Source: Octopus sinensis
Lineage: Eukaryota
Assembly: GCF_006345805.1 (NCBI RefSeq)
Contig: NC_043006.1
Span: forward strand, 98,456,001-98,520,000
DNA: 64,000 bases
Direction: 5' to 3'
Every line of letters starts with the position of its first letter. The stretch's first letter is position 1. Shown piece after piece: positions 13,318-27,646 of the stretch. A model generated the notes under the pieces. The model worked only from the letters and a program-made list of their open reading frames with translations. It was not told where the DNA came from and made no database searches. The position numbers were made by a program, and so were the translations under genes.

Positions 13318-15799
13318 GGTACTGTAGAGATACAAACTAAAAGTAAAACCTGCATGAAATAAAAGGAGTGTTGCCACATTCCTTAATTGGATTAACACAT
13401 TTTTCTAAGCCTGAGATTGGTGGAATCAGAGAGTATGGTTATTAGTGATAAGTTAAGAATCATACTAATTCTATGAATGGGATATTTCCCACGAATGGAA
13501 TAACTCCCACGAAATAATTTCTTTGTTCAATATTGTAAGAGATGAGATCGACGATCGTTATACATACGCATTAATTTGTTCAGTTTTGTTTAATTATTCA
13601 TCGTTATCTAAGGTGGTACGCGATAAATCTCTAGTAATAGCTGGTATATAAACTTCCTTACCGACAAAGAGTTCGAAATTATATTCCACGCCAGAAAGAC
13701 GCTTTTATTTGACAAGAGCTCAGTTTGGATTATGGGATTAAACAGGGATATTTCCATAAATCTTTGAAATGAATCCTCTGGCAACACAGACGATTATATA
13801 TATTAGACTTCTTGAAAAGAAGTATCTTTTCTGATAGCTTCGATCCATGCCAAAATGATGTGTAGGCTATCGTCATGCACATTAATGGACACTCGATACA
13901 AATACTAAGAAACTTATGTTACACACTCCATATCTTTTGGCCTTCAAATTACTCAAGATATTTAGCGCACATTAATTAAATACCTGAGGTTAGAACAGAT
14001 CTCAACAGTGATTCTGAAAAGCCCTTTTCAAGTAACTGATTATAGGTTCACGTATATATTTTCCGTTCACAAACCTTCCGCAGGCTGTCCCCTGAATTGT
14101 TTCAAATCAGTTAGCCATACAAAAAATCATTGTTAGATAATTCCTTAACACAACAATATTATTGAAGACAGTGGTTTTAAAGATACATTGATCTACAACA
14201 GAATCTTGCGTTTCACAAAATACTAAGAAAGATACCTATTTTTTTACCCTCCAACTTTCCATGTCAATGTCGACTAGGCAATAAGCAGATCCTGCCCCTG
14301 ATTAATAGATCAGCTTTTCCAGTATACCCTGAATGGTACAACGCTGTTTAATAAAAGTATTGCTAAGAATACTTGTAGCTAAACCGGGAATATGAAATAA
14401 ATTGCATCTCATAAAGTGAGGTTAGATGCTCGTGAAAAAACATTGCAACACATGCAGTGAAATTAAACTTTTTTCCTCAGAGCTATCATATAAGGAGATG
14501 TGGACTGTGCTTCATATGCGCGAACGATATGAAGTACTGTCCTTGGATTATATAAAGACGTCCAAATCTGCTTCTGTGTATATTTTCGCGAAAATGTCCA
14601 GTTCCTAGAGCAGGGAGGATTTCTCTATAAAAAGCGCATGAGGTACATACGGTTAGAGATTCATGCACGATATTATTCATTTTAAATTAATTTCCTCCTC
14701 ACATAGCTGTCTAATTTATAATGTTAATTTAACTTCAGCATGAAAACTCCCCATCTCTAATAGAAATATTTCAACATAATAAGAGAATGTCAGAAATTAT
14801 TTACTTTCAACACAAAATTAAGAATGAGAATATTCTTTGGTATAATAATAATCTCGGCGTTCTATAGCAGGCCTAATGTGTGATATGTCCGAAACAGATT
14901 TTTAATAACTTGAGCGGGTGAATTTATTACTTATGAATTCAAAACATTAATTTCATTTCTGTTATATAACAGTCAGCATTTAAAACATTAACACGTCGTT
15001 AGATATTTTCGGGCTCAAAGATAGAAAGCTGCTGTACTTTACTAAGCGAATTGTTTGATGGCAATGGTGTTCCACTCATGTAATAGCTTAATCTACTGAC
15101 ATCAGCTAATTTTCAGACTGGATAGGAGATATGTATATTGTGAGAAATATTGTATGGGAACATTTCAGAAATGTATGTATAATAGCAATACACCTCGGCG
15201 TTACCCGGTTGCTATGACCTACAGTCCCATTGTATTATTTGTTCCTTTTTTTATGAGCGGAATTGGCACACGAGAAGTATCAGGCAAACAAATCTGTAAA
15301 CATGTTTTTCGGTAATTTTCTGATGAACGATGCTGAAATTTTTGAAATAGAAAAAATATGTACAATGGCAGCTAAGATTAGAAGGAAATCCTAATATTGC
15401 ACCCAAAATGACCTCAAAATTGTGCGACCCAGCCTCATTTTGGTGTTGATTTTTGTAGAAAAATATGGTTGTTGTGGAAAAAAAAAAAAAAAAACTTACT
15501 TTACGCTAGTAGATGAAAGATTGCTCAATCTTTTGATATCTCAAACAGGAATATCAGCAACTCTGTTTCATGGCTATAAATCCGGTAATGTAGAAGCTGA
15601 AATTGTTCTTGTTGTTTGTTCCTTCTTGAGCAATGCCTGGCTCATTAGGGACGGTTTCCCGATTTCATTGGCATATAGTTTCCCCACATGGAAAGGACGC
15701 AAGTCCGTCGCAGGTGAGCAGGTAGATGCAGGAGGAAAAAGTGAGAAAAAGCTGTGGCGAAAGAGTCAACAGAAGTTCGCGATTACTTTCTGTCGGAGC

Positions 15800-15885
15800 C
15801 GCTTGGAACTGAGGTGTTTCGCTCATAAACACAAACATCGCCCAGTCTGTGATTCGAACCCGCGATCCCCCGACCGTGAGGCCAT
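15800..15885 (-). mobile_element. SINE family C head fragment
   Basis: Reverse complement ggatcgcgggttcgaatcacagactgggcgatgtttgtgtttatgagc matches the head of 19340-19665. Confidence 0.55.
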
Positions 15886-16715
15886 GTGCCTCCACGAAAT
15901 TGTTCTTACCAATCCTATAATATTTGTTGATAACTCTAAACAACACACATATAGATTCGCTGCCTCAATGAAAAGGCCATGTTCAAAAGTATTATGGTTT
16001 TCTGCAAACATATTTCGTATCAGTTTATATCAATGTTGAGCCCAACAGAATAAAAAAGGGACTTTTGGGGCTGTATTTATATGTGTACATATATAAGTAT
16101 ATGAGTAAACAGGAAGAGGGTTGTAGGCAGTTTGGCATAAATATATAGGGACACTGTGCTTCTTGAAAATAAATGGGTTATGCTGGTATGTAGAGGTGGG
16201 GCAGTACTAATGGAGGGATGTATGGCTTAATGGTTGATGAACGGTGAAACCCTAAGAAATAAAGTAAAGTATATATATATGTTGCACGAAAAAAGACTTT
16301 GGTTTGCTTTTGAGTGCAAACATGCAAAAGTAAGCAATCGATACTTTGGGGGGAAGTTAAAGAAATTGATGACAAATAGGGACTTAGAGAAATCCGAAAT
16401 TGCAGAGGGTAAAGTACATAAAAAACGGTTATACCGGTATATTAAAGAATTTTCGTTTTATCAGAAATATTCTTTTATCTCCGGAAATGAAACTGAAAAT
16501 ATTCTTGAAATTGTGCTTTGTATCAAAGTTAAGCGGTTATATTCTGTAATAGCAACACAAAATCAATATTCATTTAACAAACTCCGAAAACTGATAATAT
16601 TCTTGAAATTGTGTCGCGTATCAAAGTTATATATAGATATTATTAAATTAACATTTTAACATTAATGAAAATAGAAGCGAGCGGGAATGAGAGACTGTTG
16701 CAAATATAAACGTAA

Positions 16716-17201
16716 AATCTGAAGAAACAACTAACAAGAGCGAAATTCTCATCAGAAACTAAAACCGAATTCTCTGTAAAAGAGTGCGGAGATGGTAGAT
16801 GTGGGATCTGCAGTAACCCCACCTACAAATATATAGAGGGAGACAAACAGATGAAATTTAAGAGTGGCCACACATTCAAAGTAAATGCAGAAATGAACTG
16901 CAAGACGCAGAACGTAATATGCTGCATAACCTGGAAGGAGAATTATGTAGGTGAAACTGGAAATTCTTTATGCCAACGAACCAGTATTCACCGACAACAT
17001 GTCCGATAGGAGGAACTGCGAAAGATTCCACTGAGTAAACACCTAGATACATGTGGAGAAGAAAAAGTTAAGATCTTTCCCTTCTACAAATGTCCAAAAA
17101 ATGACACCACCTTCAGGAGAAATATGGAAAAATACTTCATAACAAAGTTCTACCCGAAATTGAATAACTCGGGCCTACTCTTTTTGAGGGACAAGCCGTA
17201 A
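16716..17201 (+). pseudogene. PLE C-terminal GIY-YIG endonuclease relic
   Basis: One frame of 162 codons with a single internal TAG (17007-17009): NLKKQLTRAKF...CGDGRCGIC...CKTQNVICCITWKENYVGETGNSLCQRTSIHRQH...LSKHLDTC...RRNMEKYFITKFYPKLN; has the CxxxRCxxC knuckle, NVIY/YVGET halves and conserved R, H, E, N. Confidence 0.9.
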
Positions 17202-18344
17202 GTTTTGGAGTGACAGTTCACTTATTTACTCATGAAATTTACTTACTATATACTACACTAAAAACTTTTGAGTGTTCTTTTAAAATGTTTTAGAAACAAT
17301 GTCGCAGAAAAAAGAAACGTTAGCATATATGGAGCTGTAATGTGTTTCTGCGTGCCTTTTTAAATATTAATAATTAATGTTACTCTCTTCGATCGTAAAA
17401 GTCAAGAATAAGTTGCATACACCAATGGAATACAAATTACAGCTGATTCCCAAATCTAGATAGAAAGTAAATCTTCAGAAACTTTTCGCAAGTGTGAAGC
17501 AATGAATGAGTTAATTATGAGATAACGGCAGAAAGATATAAAAAGAATAAGAAATGGTAACCGTAAATAATTAGCTGTTTTTTTTTATATTCTGTTAACA
17601 AGGAAATTTATAAGTACGTCTGTTTCATGAAATGGATATGTTCAGGGAAGATATAAATAATGTGGTACAAAAAGAAACATGTAAAAAATATTTTCAAAGA
17701 ATGTACCTGGTTATTACTAGAGATCATTATTCTTCCTTTTTTTTTTTGGTTTTTTTGCTTTTTATTATGACATTATATATTCTGAACATCAATAATTCTA
17801 TAACAACACTACTTCAGTCATGTATATTTCTTTAAGTGCTTTACTTGAATATTGTGAATTCCATAATTATTCCTATGTTTACATCTGCTATCAGAAATCC
17901 TCACCTGAATTATTTACCATTAGTATGATAAATGAGAAAAACATAATACAGACTATCTATTCATGGTTTACTTTTCGGTTGTACGTAATTGACAAAGGTT
18001 TCGTAACAGTTGTGAGAATAAATTCATAATGCTTATAAAAACGACAAACATTTCAATCCGTCTGAATAGACATTTTGGTAGAATTTTCTAAACCGCTAGT
18101 CCAGCAGATCAAATCGTTTTAGTGCTATATCTAAGTATCAGTCTCACAACAAACTGTGTCATATTTATGAAGTTAGAAATTATGTTGTTTTGTAGTTCAG
18201 TGCCCTGTAAGTGTTTACCTGCAAAAGACTCAAACCTGATAACGCAGCATCTATGATCGTAGAATGCATCATCATTAAAATTTGTTTACAACGTCGACAT
18301 CGAACAACATTCATTACATCAATTCAGTATTACATCACAGTATT

Positions 18345-18925
18345 CTGCCGAGGCCGACTTTGTCTTTCATCCTTTCACAGGTGATAAAATATGTACCTGC
18401 TGAACACTGGGATCGATGTAATCTATTTAGCCCTTGGATCTTTTCGGTTTGGCCGGCATTTTTTTTTTAATAATTTCCACGTATCTAAATACTTTTAAAC
18501 TTTGTATACTGGTAGAATGTGTTTATAAAACATCTTTTTCTCTTGGCTTTATTGAGAAAATTTTATAGTTTGTAAGATATTTGTGGTTTTTTTCTTCAAT
18601 TTCTGCAATTTCAACCAATCAATGACGTCTATTGAGGTGAAAACATTCTTTGCCGTATGAATATGTCCCTCGTTTAAGAAACAGATTGGGCTTATTTACA
18701 TTTCTGAAGCAAAAAAGATACCCTTCACCCACCCCTAAGCCTAACCTTAACCCTAACTAACCCTAACCCTAAAACAGATTGAAATGCAATAGATCGATAC
18801 TAGGGTCCTGGTTATGGGCGACAATTTCATATGACGCCGCTAGAAAAAACTGCCGGTCAAACCGAAAAGATCCTAGACCTCTTCCCCAAAGCTGCTGTCT
18901 TTATCCCCAAATTCCAAACCAATAT
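18345..18925 (+). mobile_element. SINE family A remnant interrupted by a MITE
   Basis: SINE body (gactttgtctttcatcctttc...gatcgatgtaatc) before 18436 and SINE tail (cccaaa...aaaccaatat) after 18873. Confidence 0.6.
18436..18873. mobile_element. 438 bp MITE-like element with 23 bp TIRs and internal telomere-like repeats
   Basis: ggatcttttcggtttggccggca (18436-18458) and tgccggtcaaaccgaaaagatcc (18851-18873) are inverted with 1 mismatch; imperfect (CCCTAA)n at 18733-18772. Confidence 0.8.
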
Positions 18926-18936
18926 CAAGTTACAGT

Positions 18937-19255
18937 CAGGTGGTGAGGTGGCAGAATCGTTAGCATATCGTGCAAAATGCTTAGCGGCATTTCACTTATC
19001 TTTACATCCTGATTTCAATTTCACCGAAGTCAACTTTGGAATTCATCTCCCAAGCTGTCTTTGTGGTAAAAATTTGAAATCATAATTATTATTATTGTTG
19101 CTTAACGCTATTTCATCTGTTGCTATGTTCTGAGTTCAAATTCCTCCAAGGTCGACTTCGCCTTTCACCCTGTAATTAAGTCGATGTAATTGACTTAATC
19201 CCCTCCCCCTTGCCGCCCTTGTGGCAAAAATTTGAAGCGACTATTTTTATTATCA
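18937..19255 (+). mobile_element. Two adjacent degenerate SINE family A pieces
   Basis: ggtgaggtggcagaatcgttagc head, then a second gttctgagttcaaattcc...gtcgatgtaattgacttaat body. Confidence 0.6.
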
Positions 19256-19339
19256 TTGCAATTTTTTTTCGCTGAAAGAGGTGTTAACCAAGTGAATGTG
19301 TATCATTACGCAATTAGTGTTTTCGTTGTGAGTCGCAAT

Positions 19340-19665
19340 TTCCCAGTGGTTAGGGCAGTGGACACGCAGTCATAGGATCGCGGTTTCGATTCTCAAACCG
19401 AGCGCTGTGAGTGTTTATTGAGCAAAAATAGGCTCCGCTAGGGAGTGGTGGCGAACCTTGCTGTACTTTTTCACAACACTCCTTTTTCCTGTTTCTGTTG
19501 TACCTGTATACCAAAGGGCCAGCTTTGTCACGCTCTGTGTCACGCTGAATCTTCCCAAGAACTACGTAAAGGGTACGCATGACTGTGGAGTGCTCAATAA
19601 CTTGCACGTTAATTTTACGAACTGGCTGTTCCGTTGATTGGATCAACTGGAGTGCCGTAGTAGCG
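19340..19665 (+). mobile_element. SINE family C (tRNA head, gtcacgctgaatct...gcacgttaattt...gatcaactgg body)
   Basis: A-box-like agtggttagg and B-box-like ggtttcgattc; body shared with fragments at 26715-26790 and 48630-48725. Confidence 0.7.
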
Positions 19666-19842
19666 TTTCCGTTATAAAATCCACCTCATTTATTACGTGC
19701 ATGAGAATTTAACAAGCGAGCCTTTGAGCAATATGACAATAATCGCCCGAGTGACGTTTCGTGAGTATCGTTAGAACTTCGAAATCGGTTATATCTCTTT
19801 CTTTGATTCTCACTCTCCGTGTCTCTTTCACTCTGCTCTTTG

Positions 19843-19844
<2 letters not shown>

Positions 19845-19886
<42 letters not shown>
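19845..19886. repeat. (CT)n microsatellite
   Basis: Direct run. Confidence 0.95.
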
Positions 19887-19889
<3 letters not shown>

Positions 19890-20035
19890 GCGCATGCTCC
19901 TATGAGGTTGTTTCTGTGTTTGTATTAATATGTTCGTTATGTGAATGTGTGTATGGCGAACCCATGTGGATGTTCAACCACCAGTTTGGAACGAAATGAA
20001 ATAAATAAATAAGATATTTAAGTAATCTTATTAAT

Positions 20036-20375
20036 GTTCAGTCCCACTGCGTGGCATCTTGGGCAAGTGTCTTCTGCTATAGCCCCAGGCCGACCAATGC
20101 CTTGTGAGTGGATTTGGTAGACGGAAACTGAAAGAATCCCGTCGTATATATGTATATATATGTGTATGTGTCTGTGTTTGTACCCCTAGCATTGCTGGTG
20201 TGTTTACGTCCCCGTCACTTAGCGGTTCTGCAAAAGAGACCGATAGAATAAGTACTGAGCTTACAAAGAATAAGTCCCGGGGTCGAGTTGCTCGATTAAA
20301 GGCGGTGCTCCAGCATGGCCGCAGTCAAGTGACTGAAACAGGTAAAAGAGTAAAAGAGTAAAAGAGTAAAGAGTA
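20036..20375 (+). mobile_element. SINE family B, 5'-truncated
   Basis: gttcagtcccactgcgtggcatcttgggcaagtg through a tandem aaaagagt tail. Confidence 0.9.
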
Positions 20376-21846
20376 ATGATTTTGTGAGTTTTACTTATTG
20401 CCTCCATGAGTTCGATACCTATAGTATGTAACTCCTATGATCGTATATCTTATACAGTTACCGTGCGAGATCTATTCAGTCATTTATTTCTTTAAATTCA
20501 TATTCTATTTCTCAGTCTATAGAAAAACGTCACATTTAAAATTATTCATCGATTTGAATTCATTTTATTTTTACCTTAACCGAAAGTTTGTGTATTCCAT
20601 TCTTTAGATTGCTAGTGTAAACTTTATTTTATATTTTCTGTATTTCATATTTTTTGTTTAGCTAATGTGATAACATAAGAGTGACTTCGCGATAGGGTTG
20701 ATATTGTTTATTACTTCAGTGTCGTGCAGTTGTTGCTGTTAAGCTCTCAGTCAGCTCTTGTATATGATATCTGTGACTGAGCGCATTCTAACCGTGACCG
20801 TACCGTCTTTAAAGATCACTGTGACCTGAATGCCGAATGTGGCCACAAATATCTCATTTATACGGTGCGATGCAGTTTGAGAGAAGTTCTGCTAATTCCG
20901 CTAGGCATAGCAACTGCATTTACACACGTCCGTTGGCTCAAGGTTCACAGAGTTTAAAGTGTTGATGGAGTTAGTGATTTTGCCTCTTGTTGGAATATTC
21001 TATTGGTATCAAGAATGCAATAATAATAATAACCTGAGTTTTCCTAAAGATAATTATGCATCTTTAAGAACAATTGAAAGCTACCATCCGTGTTTGTACA
21101 AATTGTATAATATTGCATTATAACAGATTGTATATGCAAGATGCTAACAGATACGAGCAGAAGAACATAAATTTTTCAGCAAATAGTAATATGCTTAGAT
21201 ATAGCAGACACCATGAAACTAAATGGCTTCTAGAGGTCCATTAACTCCATCACAAGATACTAGCTTTTAGCTTAATCTCCTGTTTTAAGCCGTGCTCGTA
21301 AAGGGTATTAAACAGATACATTCTTAAAGCTGTCCATTCCGCTACAGTTTAGTAATTCGTTGATATAACGCCTCGATGGTAAACATTAGAGATATACTCA
21401 ACGGTTATAAATTTTCATTAATACGGTAACAACTAGCAGATTTACCAATTATTATGGAAGGAAATATTGATTTTCCTTGATTGTGCACATAGCCGATTTT
21501 CTAATGGGAAGTTATACAGTTGATATAAATGAATCGGAAAATCTTTCGGGAATTCGTTTCATCGACACCAGAGAACACAAAGACAACTGTAGTTTATACT
21601 TAAGTCTGAACTGAGGAACAGGAGTGACTAATGCACTCATCATATGCATAAGTCAAGTCACCTAACATCAGTCATCTCTCCTGGTGCCATGCTATGCTAC
21701 ACACACACACACAAACACACACATATATATATGTATATATCTATATATCCATATATATATATATATATATGTGTGTGTATATATATACATGTAAATGCAG
21801 ACCCAAACAAAGCCCCACTACATATATAAAAGTATGTGTGTGTATA

Positions 21847-21890
<44 letters not shown>

Positions 21891-22699
21891 GTGTGTGTGT
21901 GTGTGTGTGCGTGTGTATGTGTGTGTGTGCATGTGTGAGTGTGTGTACATATATATGTGTGTGTATACATACATAAGCATATATATATGTATGTGTATGT
22001 ATAGAGTTATGTGTGTGTTTCACCTATCATTAACCGCAAACCTTCGTATTGTGCTTGAATGCCTTTCTCCATTTAGTTATTTTGCTAATTAATTTATTCG
22101 AGACGATTGATTAAAATCACAAAGCGATACACTGACAAAATAATTGCTGGCAGTACTTAGTTGATCAAAAATTATATTTTGATTTCAAATCAAATAAAGA
22201 ATGGTTATGCTCGTAGGATTGTGTGCGAAACTGATTAAATTTCGAATGGACTATATAATCCACTGAGTTGTGATATTGATAGTAGTCTGATAATTCCAAT
22301 AAAAAAAAATATTCTATAACAAATCTGCATACATTTCTGAAGTCTGTAGTTTCTATGTCCGTTTGCAAGGCAAACGATGAGAGTTTCCCACTACACATCA
22401 TACCAAAAGCACACACACACTCACACACTTACTCACACACACATGTACACACATACACACACACTACGCACGCGCGCACGCACATAGAAACACGCGCACA
22501 TATTTATATGTATATATTTGTCGCTGAATGCTCGAAACGAGGAGTAGATAGACAGCCGGCAACTAATGAAGGGTCGTTCTGTGTGTTACTTGTCCTGTTT
22601 TCCATTGTGTCTCTCGTTGTTTGCGTATTTAACTCATTTGTGTCTGTACTTCGTATTGTTTACAGTTGGTGATGTCCTGTACCCATATATTCATATATG

Positions 22700-23030
<331 letters not shown>

Positions 23031-23039
23031 TAGCAAAAA

Positions 23040-23077
23040 CTGTCCGATGAACGGCAACGGGAAACTCAGAGTAACAG
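23040..23077 (+). ncRNA. Degenerate type I hammerhead ribozyme motif
   Basis: ctgt-CCGATGA-acggcaacgg-GAAAC-tcaga-GTA-acag: stem I ctgt/acag and stem III ACTC/GAGT present; core U4 is C and stem II is weak. Confidence 0.55.
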
Positions 23078-23591
23078 GTTTTGTTGAATTTTTTGCTGCT
23101 TTAAATAAAGCATATTACTCTACCACTGGTATTTGAGTACTCTTTTTCACATATATGTGTTTACTCCGGTATATATATATAAGCCCAGTTTCACCCGATC
23201 GGTTTGGATGATGTAACAGTAAAATCTGCTCTGTGTAAGCATTCGACTTGTTTGGGCACGCTTGCGTTATAAAAGCAATTTCATTTTATCTTTGAAAAGG
23301 CTAAAGATAACTGACCAACAGAAAGAAACAGTCAAGATTAAACCAAATCAAAACTTAAAACCAAATTCTAAGCGAACAAAGATGAACAATCGCACTTCCA
23401 TTGCGCTCGCGAACGCACACAAACGCACACAAACACACCCACACTTACACACATATTCACATACCCCCTTTTACGTACACACACATTTATTCATATTTTC
23501 TCAATTTATACAGAGGTTCAGTTAAACGGCCGATTTATAATAAAACGCCACTCACAAATGGTTTGTTGATGTCAAACAATAATTTAGGTAA

Positions 23592-23989
23592 TCTATATAT
23601 ATAAAAGTGAGGTTGTGTGCTGTCTGTCTCCTACGATTTAGATTCCTAACTACTCCCACATTTTGCGGTGCAGTTTAACCAAAACCGGGTATCTTATAGT
23701 CGTGATTCATTTCGAGCCCTTCTGTGTATTACCGCGCGTCTACGATGAGTCTACGATTTAAAAAAAAAATTACCATCAATTTTTCCCATTTTTAATGCAT
23801 ATTTGGCTTATATAAGGGAAGTAACTCTCTAAACATTTATTATTAAATCTCAGAACGTAAAAAGCTACTGTAACCCCCCACCCCTTTGTGGTTAGCCATA
23901 TTGAGATGGCTATTATACTTTACATCTCTAAAAATGCTTATATAGTTATTTCCCTTACAAACCCGAGCAACGCCGGGCGATACTGCTAG
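23592..23989 (+). mobile_element. Non-autonomous Helitron (398 bp)
   Basis: 5' TCTATATATAT after A, subterminal hairpin cccgagcaacgccggg, 3' CTAG followed by T (A|T target, no TSD); second copy at 37928-38322. Confidence 0.88.
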
Positions 23990-25261
23990 TGAAATATATT
24001 TATTTGCTTTCTGGCAATATATGAATAGAATCGCATTACATTGAAAACCGAAAAGTGAAGAGAGATAAAAGGTTTTGTTTGAAAAACAAATGAAAAATTA
24101 TTACTTTTGTCTCAATGCATTGCTTAAAGAACGACAGTTATAATTGGGTAACGAACACACCGGCAATGGCTATTAGCGTATCTGTATTGAAGGACTCCTC
24201 TTCAAGAGGTGTGCCGCGGCATAGTTAATTTAGTGCATGCCGTGGATCTAACACGATACCTATTTTAACGCGGTTAGCGGAAGGTTGTTTATTTGCAAAC
24301 TTTGGGAATGTTGCTTCGTATTTAGCATTACAACGAAATTTATCCTTTACATAATAACCTATTCAATAATTCGCAACAAATAAAATGTGAGTGGTGGATC
24401 ACTGCTGAGTTGTGGATCGAAATTGCATTCAGATATTAGTACTGTGTATTTTCCTGGCCAACACAATAGTACTAGTTATCTTAGCAGTTATGAAATTATG
24501 TATCACCGAGAGATATGCATTCAACGCAAAAGTATTGTGCTTCGCATTGCGCTCATCATTAACGGAGAAAATCTTTAATGATACATAAAATGTCGGAAGT
24601 TGTTTGTCCAGTCAGTTTTCAAATGCCAACCACAGGAAATTATTTTCCTTTAGCTCCAGTGACAATGGCTCTTCTGTTGTGATAATCTATATCCGTGTAA
24701 AATGAAAGCCCTTCAGCCAAAAGGAAACTTCTAAATGAATGCTTGTTTACGAATGTGTACGTATAATGTTCCATGAATATGCGTGAGTGTGTGTTCAAGT
24801 AAAATACACAATAACTCAGCGTATAATTTTGGTATGGTTATTCATTCACAAATACGCGAACACATTCATGCACATATCCTCACACTAACGCACTCTTGCG
24901 CTCATACACATGCACACGCGCGTACACACACAAAACTAGCATACACACAGACGTACACACACACACGCGACACATGACAAATAGAGATATACGTAGATAT
25001 ACTAGTGCGAATGTGTGTGTATGTTTTATTGATATCTATCTGCACAAACGTACTTGGGTTGGTAGTATCTTTACATCGTGAAAAAAAATCACAATATTTA
25101 TTCCTCACATTAATTGCCTGCTGCTAGAATTCATCATTATCGTAACAGGATCGCCAAAATAATAACAGCGAAGTGCAAGAACAATATCACTGGGTAAAGA
25201 CTTTAGAAGGCTTGTATTTTGGGAAAGTTTACAAAATACATATTTTTAAATAAATAATTCT

Positions 25262-25297
<36 letters not shown>

Positions 25298-25439
25298 GCA
25301 CACACGCACACACATACACACACAAATACACAGACACACACACACACACACACACACACACATTCATACACAGTCGTTTGTGAAAATAATAGAAACACCA
25401 TGTTAAATGGAAGTTTTCTTATTTAATATAAGCGTTGGC

Positions 25440-25960
25440 ACAAATATTTGGCATTAATCAAAACTTTGACACGTACAGGTGCTGAATCATTGCTAGCGGA
25501 GGTTTGACCCATGCTGCTAGTAAAACTGCTTCAGATCTTTCAGCAAGGATAACAGAGAGAAACATCTTCCAAATTGATGTTCCAAAATTCCCCATAAATT
25601 TTCCATTATACTGTGATACGACGATTGTGTAGGCCAAACCAGTGGTCTGTTTCACTTTTGTGTCCTTACCAATTTTGATGACAATAACCATGTAACCAGG
25701 CGCGTTGTCTTCCTGAAAGATTATGTCTTTACCGGAAAATAATGTTTTACCGTATGATAGATATTGTTACTCAGATTCCTCACATCGTCACTGGCGTTAA
25801 TTCTGTCAGATAAAATACCCGAAGTGTTAAGATAATTCCGTGATATAACTGCCCAAATTATCACAGAACCATAATCATTCTTCATGATACGTCGTAAACC
25901 TTTATAGCTTAAGGAGTCTTTGCGTTGTCTTTAAGCATAAACGTGGGCCGAAGTATACAA
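25440..25960 (-). mobile_element. Tc1-like (DD34E) transposase relic
   Basis: Minus-strand peptides GSVIIWAVIS, IIFQEDNAP, IMENLWEILEHQ and AVLLAAWVK match the Tc1 motifs GSVMVWG, FQQDNAP and IENLW; frameshifted. Confidence 0.8.
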
Positions 25961-26825
25961 AAAGGTGAATGTTGATTCACAAATGAAGATAATTACTTTG
26001 AGACACTAACCATTTCTGATAGTATAAACACAATATTTTCCGTTTATCAAAGTAAACGGGGGTACAGGAGAGGTTTGCCAGGTGTAGACCTTCAATGGTA
26101 TCCACTTTTATAGAGCTCACTATGACACAATGTTGGTAACGTACGGATTTTTACTGTTGTGTGTTCAATGGTTTGTAGACACAATCTGCCGCGACCTTTG
26201 CCTTCCGCCGAAACAATTATAGTTGCCAGAGTCGGTTTCACCTTGGTCTTAGAATGCTAATACAATTTAGAGACAATTGTTTAAGAAACAGCAAACAAAT
26301 CTGCTTTTAGTGATCGAAGATCTAGTCATCTTCAACTATAACAATTTCCCATCTTAGAGTTTGCGCATATCAATTTATATAGATATATATATCTAAAAAA
26401 ACAGGGGCCTATACCATAAATTACAATGTATACATAAAAAGTACATTAAAACAAGTATAAGAGCTGAACAGTTGTGTACTTGTATTATAAAAAGAAAATG
26501 TTTAATAAGTAGTGCTACCACTATTTTCTCCAAGCTTACCCGCGCGCACACACACATACATACACATAGATATGTGAGGGAAAGCGTGCAGCTTATTGGT
26601 TTTGGCATGTGGCTCACAATCACTTTATTCACGATACTCCATTACTCCAGTACACTAAACTAGTAAAAATGAATTGTACCTGTAACACAAAAGCACCAGC
26701 CTTGTCTTATTTTGGGTCACGCTTGAATCTCAAGGGTACGCATATCACGTTAGATTCCGTTCATCGAATCAACTGCGGCACACGGCAACGTAATCCACCG
26801 CCAGCCTAGCGTTCAAACACACACA

Positions 26826-27114
<289 letters not shown>

Positions 27115-27420
27115 GTTATGCGTTTTGGTTGTCGGAGATTACGAATATGGCAAATTTCAGGCTTCTGACTGCCGACAACATGGTTATATCACCATATCAC
27201 CCACTTCTATTTTGCCCTACCTGCACCAGAATCACCATTACCAACCAACCTCATGATCAGGACCGCCGTTTACCACTACTCAGTGTTTACTAAACCCCAA
27301 CTCGTACCAACCCCAACACTACGCTTACCAATCGCCAACGCTTGCTTTACGTGGGTATACTTACGCAGGTGCGCGTCCGAATGCACATGTGTTTGTGCAT
27401 GCGTGTGTGTGCGCGCATAC

Positions 27421-27646
27421 CGAGCTGGCAGAAACATTAGCACGCCGGGCGAAATGCTCAGCGGTATTTCGTCTGCGGTTACGTTGTGAGTTCAAATTCC
27501 GCCGAGGTAGACTTTGCCTTTCATCCTTTCGGGGTCGATAAATTAAGTACCAGTTACGCACTGGGGTCGATGTAATCGATTTAATATCTATGTCTGTCCT
27601 TGTTTGTCCTCTCTATTTTTAGCCCCTTGTGGGCAGTAAAGAAATA
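27421..27646 (+). mobile_element. SINE family A, near full length
   Basis: cgagctggcagaaacattagcacgccgggcg...gtaaagaaata. Confidence 0.92.

Noticed and set aside
15422-16039. 205 aa plus-strand ORF and nearby GT/AG sites (e.g. minus-strand GTAAGT near 15495) as a host exon
   Set aside because: No recognisable domain, a poly-A-derived K run, and the ORF crosses a SINE fragment; candidate exons gave stops or unidentifiable short peptides. Needs RNA-seq.
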